Source: Calcarisporiella thermophila CBS 279.70
Lineage: Eukaryota > Fungi > Calcarisporiellomycota
NCBI RefSeq assembly: GCF_041956535.1
Contig: NW_027192196.1
Span: 1,047,823-1,111,822, forward strand
DNA: 64,000 bases
Direction of reading: 5' to 3'
A program made the position numbers and the translations under genes. The notes below the pieces were generated by a model. That model was not told where the DNA came from, searched no databases, and saw nothing but the letters and a program-made list of their open reading frames with translations. This document shows, one piece after another, positions 61,151 to 64,000 of the stretch (its first letter is position 1; every line of letters starts with the position of its first letter).

Positions 61151-63173
61151 TCCGTATAGAGATAAAAGCAGAGATTACAATAGGATGTGTATTATAGATC
61201 AGAAAATTATGAAGGGAATCAATGAAAAAGGTTATTATCGGAGAGAGCTACGTCTAGTTAAAGTCATTACATTACAAAGGGCAGGCCATTTAATGCGAAA
61301 CACCAATGGTTTCAGGAGATGGAGAAGTGGTGGTATCAAATTGGAGAATAGAACCCTAATGTCAAATCAAGGCTCTGCGGACAATCTAGGCCCAATAGGG
61401 AATATAAACAAATGTAGCAGACGAAGCATCAAGTGGGTTACACGGTGGCTTATGTCTAATTAGAGAATACTCGCTGGATATACTAAGAATTCAGAAGACG
61501 CTAGTTACCTGGTAGAGCTAAGCTTCAGCACAGCATGAAAGTGGCCAAAGATAGCATGTGCTACAGAATACTTGATTCGTAGGTCCTCGAAAGCGAGGAA
61601 TATAGGCATTCGAGCGATGAATCAATTCTCTAATGCGTTGGCTTTACATTCAGGAAAAGTCGAGATTGAATTACTAAGATAGTTGAATTGGCTTACTAAG
61701 TCAACCGTTTGGCTGACTTTGAACGAAAAAAAAAATCCTATTTTTACTGTTATACAGCACATGGATATGGAAGAAGCAAATATTTCAAATTAAAAAGGTG
61801 CAAAGCCAGTATGCTGTTACATTGTGAATGTGCATAATATTCTAATGTTTAGTTGAAAGGCTTTAATGGATCCAAGAAGGCTCAATAAATTAATGCAGAT
61901 TTTTTAGCTAGCTCACTAGCCATCTTTGGTCGGAATCGGGCATCCAAAATTTTGAGGAACTCAAGCTAGGCCCAGAGGAAACCGGCAAGTTCTAATTGTT
62001 GAAAGTAGAAGAAAAAAGGAACTAGTATCCTTCCATATAGGCCGATATTTTATTGCTAGTAGTTTAATCGAAAAACTCAAGTTATCAGACTATCTTGTAG
62101 TAGCTGCAGAGGTCAAGTTACCTATTTGTTTGAAAAGAGTTTTGCCTTTTGCCTCATGATGGGATTCGTCAATAGTTAAATGAAAATATGCACATATTTA
62201 ATGTGGATTCGATATTATGGTTGTATCTTAACAGAAATCCTGTTTTTATTTGTTAACTGTATTTACGGAAATTTTGCCAGTTGAGCAGTTGAAGAGACAT
62301 TGATATCGAAACTTCGAAGGGGAAAGAAGAAATATACGACTAAGAGAAAAAATTGAAAGCCTAAAAGAACCTATGGTGATTTAAGCTCAATGCATGGGGT
62401 TTAACATATTGTAGCTAAAGAATGTCTCCAAACATTACCTGTTTACAAATATTATAGTGCTCAAATGCCCTTTTCTTGAATTATCTACTCAGGCTCCTAG
62501 TTTCGCGTTAAAATGCTGATCTTAGGCTGCTGTTTTCTGTTTGGTTTGTTTTGGCAAGTATATTAGATTAATTTAAAACCATGGATCCTAATACAATAAA
62601 ATATCAGCTTGTCTCTCATAGTCAGAAAGAATCAATAGCCTTAGGTGCTTATTCTAGAGTGCGGTAATCTGAAGAGCTTTATGTGAACAGGAGCGGAGGG
62701 ACTGGGAAATTAGAATCTTCTTTTCTGGGCGAAAATATAATCGGAATGTTGTCATACTACTTTTTTCGGTCCCATCCTTACAACACATAAAACTTGCAAC
62801 AAACGACACATTCATAGTGTACTGTTACTTAACGCAGACAATAAGGCACATGTAATGGACTTGGATTAACTTTATTTCCGAGTTAAAGGCCTGTGAAGAA
62901 AGTTTGGTCTCTACTCACTTGTGGTCTGTTCTAACATTTTGTGACGTTAATTAAATCAGGATCTCAGGCGCTCAATCTATCGCATCGTCCAATCTTGTGA
63001 CCGTTGGACACGTTGTGTCATAGAAAAATCACCAAGGCGTTGCCAAGAATCCCTTTGCTTCAACCCAACACTCAGTATAAAATATTGCCGCCTGAAGCCT
63101 GCGAGCGCTGAATAGATTTCTGATCACAACACATTTTTAACTTGCATAGTAAAACTCTTTGCCACTTAAACTG

Positions 63174-63714
63174 ATGCGCTCCAAATTCAAAGACGAACAC
63201 CCGTTTGGTAGTGTTCAAATACTTTGGTAAAAGATGGAAGGAGTTGCTAACCCATGCTGGCCATCAAACAGATAGACGCAAAACGGAAGCTGATCGGATT
63301 CGTCAGAAATATCCTGACCGTATTCCTGTAAGATTCTGGTTATCGACTTGGAAGAGGTGGATGTCTTAACCTTCTAATTACCTCGCAGGTCATCTGCGAA
63401 AAGGCTGATAGATCCGATATTCCAGATATAGATAAAAAGGTCAGTAGGAACTAATCTATGTAGGGAAGTCAATCCGACTTAATTCTGATTCTACTCTTTA
63501 GAAATACCTCGTCCCCGCAGATCTGACCGTGGGTCAGTTTGTATACGTGATTCGGAAGAGAGTCCAGCTTGCGCCTGAAAAGGCCATCTTTTTGTTTGTA
63601 GACGATATGCTCCCACCCACAGCCGCGCTCATGTCCGCTATATATGAGCAGCACAAGGATGAGGATGGATTTTTGTATATCACCTATTCTGGAGAAAACA
63701 CCTTCGGGCTATAA
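63174..63714 (+). CDS. ATG8: Autophagy ubiquitin-like protein Atg8
   Basis: [52 protein letters not shown]; 3 introns. Confidence 0.97.
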
Positions 63715-64000
63715 TCTTGTAGTATACTATCATTATCGCCTTTGTCATCATATTCCATATATTTGCATTGCCATACGCAAGAAGCTCCTTCGTTTTGTTT
63801 ATTTTATTCCTACCGAGTTATTTTATTTTATTTTCTTCTATTTGTATAGCATCCTACTACCCTCCTTGTTTCTCTTTGTGCTTATACTCTAACGGAATAC
63901 ATATCTAGCATGGATCAAGGGGATTTTTTTGACTTGCGAATTTGATAACGTGGAGTTGAAATTATTGGACTGCTGGCATTGAAATCGAGGATATCCTTTA

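Noticed and set aside
61200-62900. AT-rich 1.7-kb intergenic region as a transposon relic
   Set aside because: No terminal repeats, target-site duplication or transposase-like translation visible

Overview
Gene-dense, intron-containing fungal genomic DNA (GT-AG introns of about 55-110 nt). It is probably from an early-diverging, Mucoromycota/Zoopagomycota-like lineage; this is an inference from the gene repertoire (CSL, TRAPPC12, DM13, NXPE-like). About 25 genes are recognisable. Most of 16-64 kb is housekeeping: mitochondrial AAT, CSL transcription factor, flavin amine oxidase, TRAPPC12, RGS, FCP1-like phosphatase, FAS1, PXA2, CTL1, PRP9, PA-RING E3, LCB2, RCHY1, RIP1, Hsp70, PP2A-B56, an NXPE/SGNH protein and ATG8. 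The first ~13 kb is a fast-evolving accessory block. Two paralogous fungal 'middle-homology-domain' regulators keep the coiled coil but have no Zn2Cys6 DNA-binding domain; one carries a 1-bp frameshift. They flank a GPI-type DM13-like gene, a BRI3-like gene and a tandemly co-duplicated CFEM+regulator cassette whose left copy has decayed. Other observations: a shared TTGTGAC promoter motif upstream of autophagy/vacuole genes, and a spurious N-gap inside PRP9. No rRNA, tRNA, CRISPR or clear transposon was found. Exon boundaries were read by eye.
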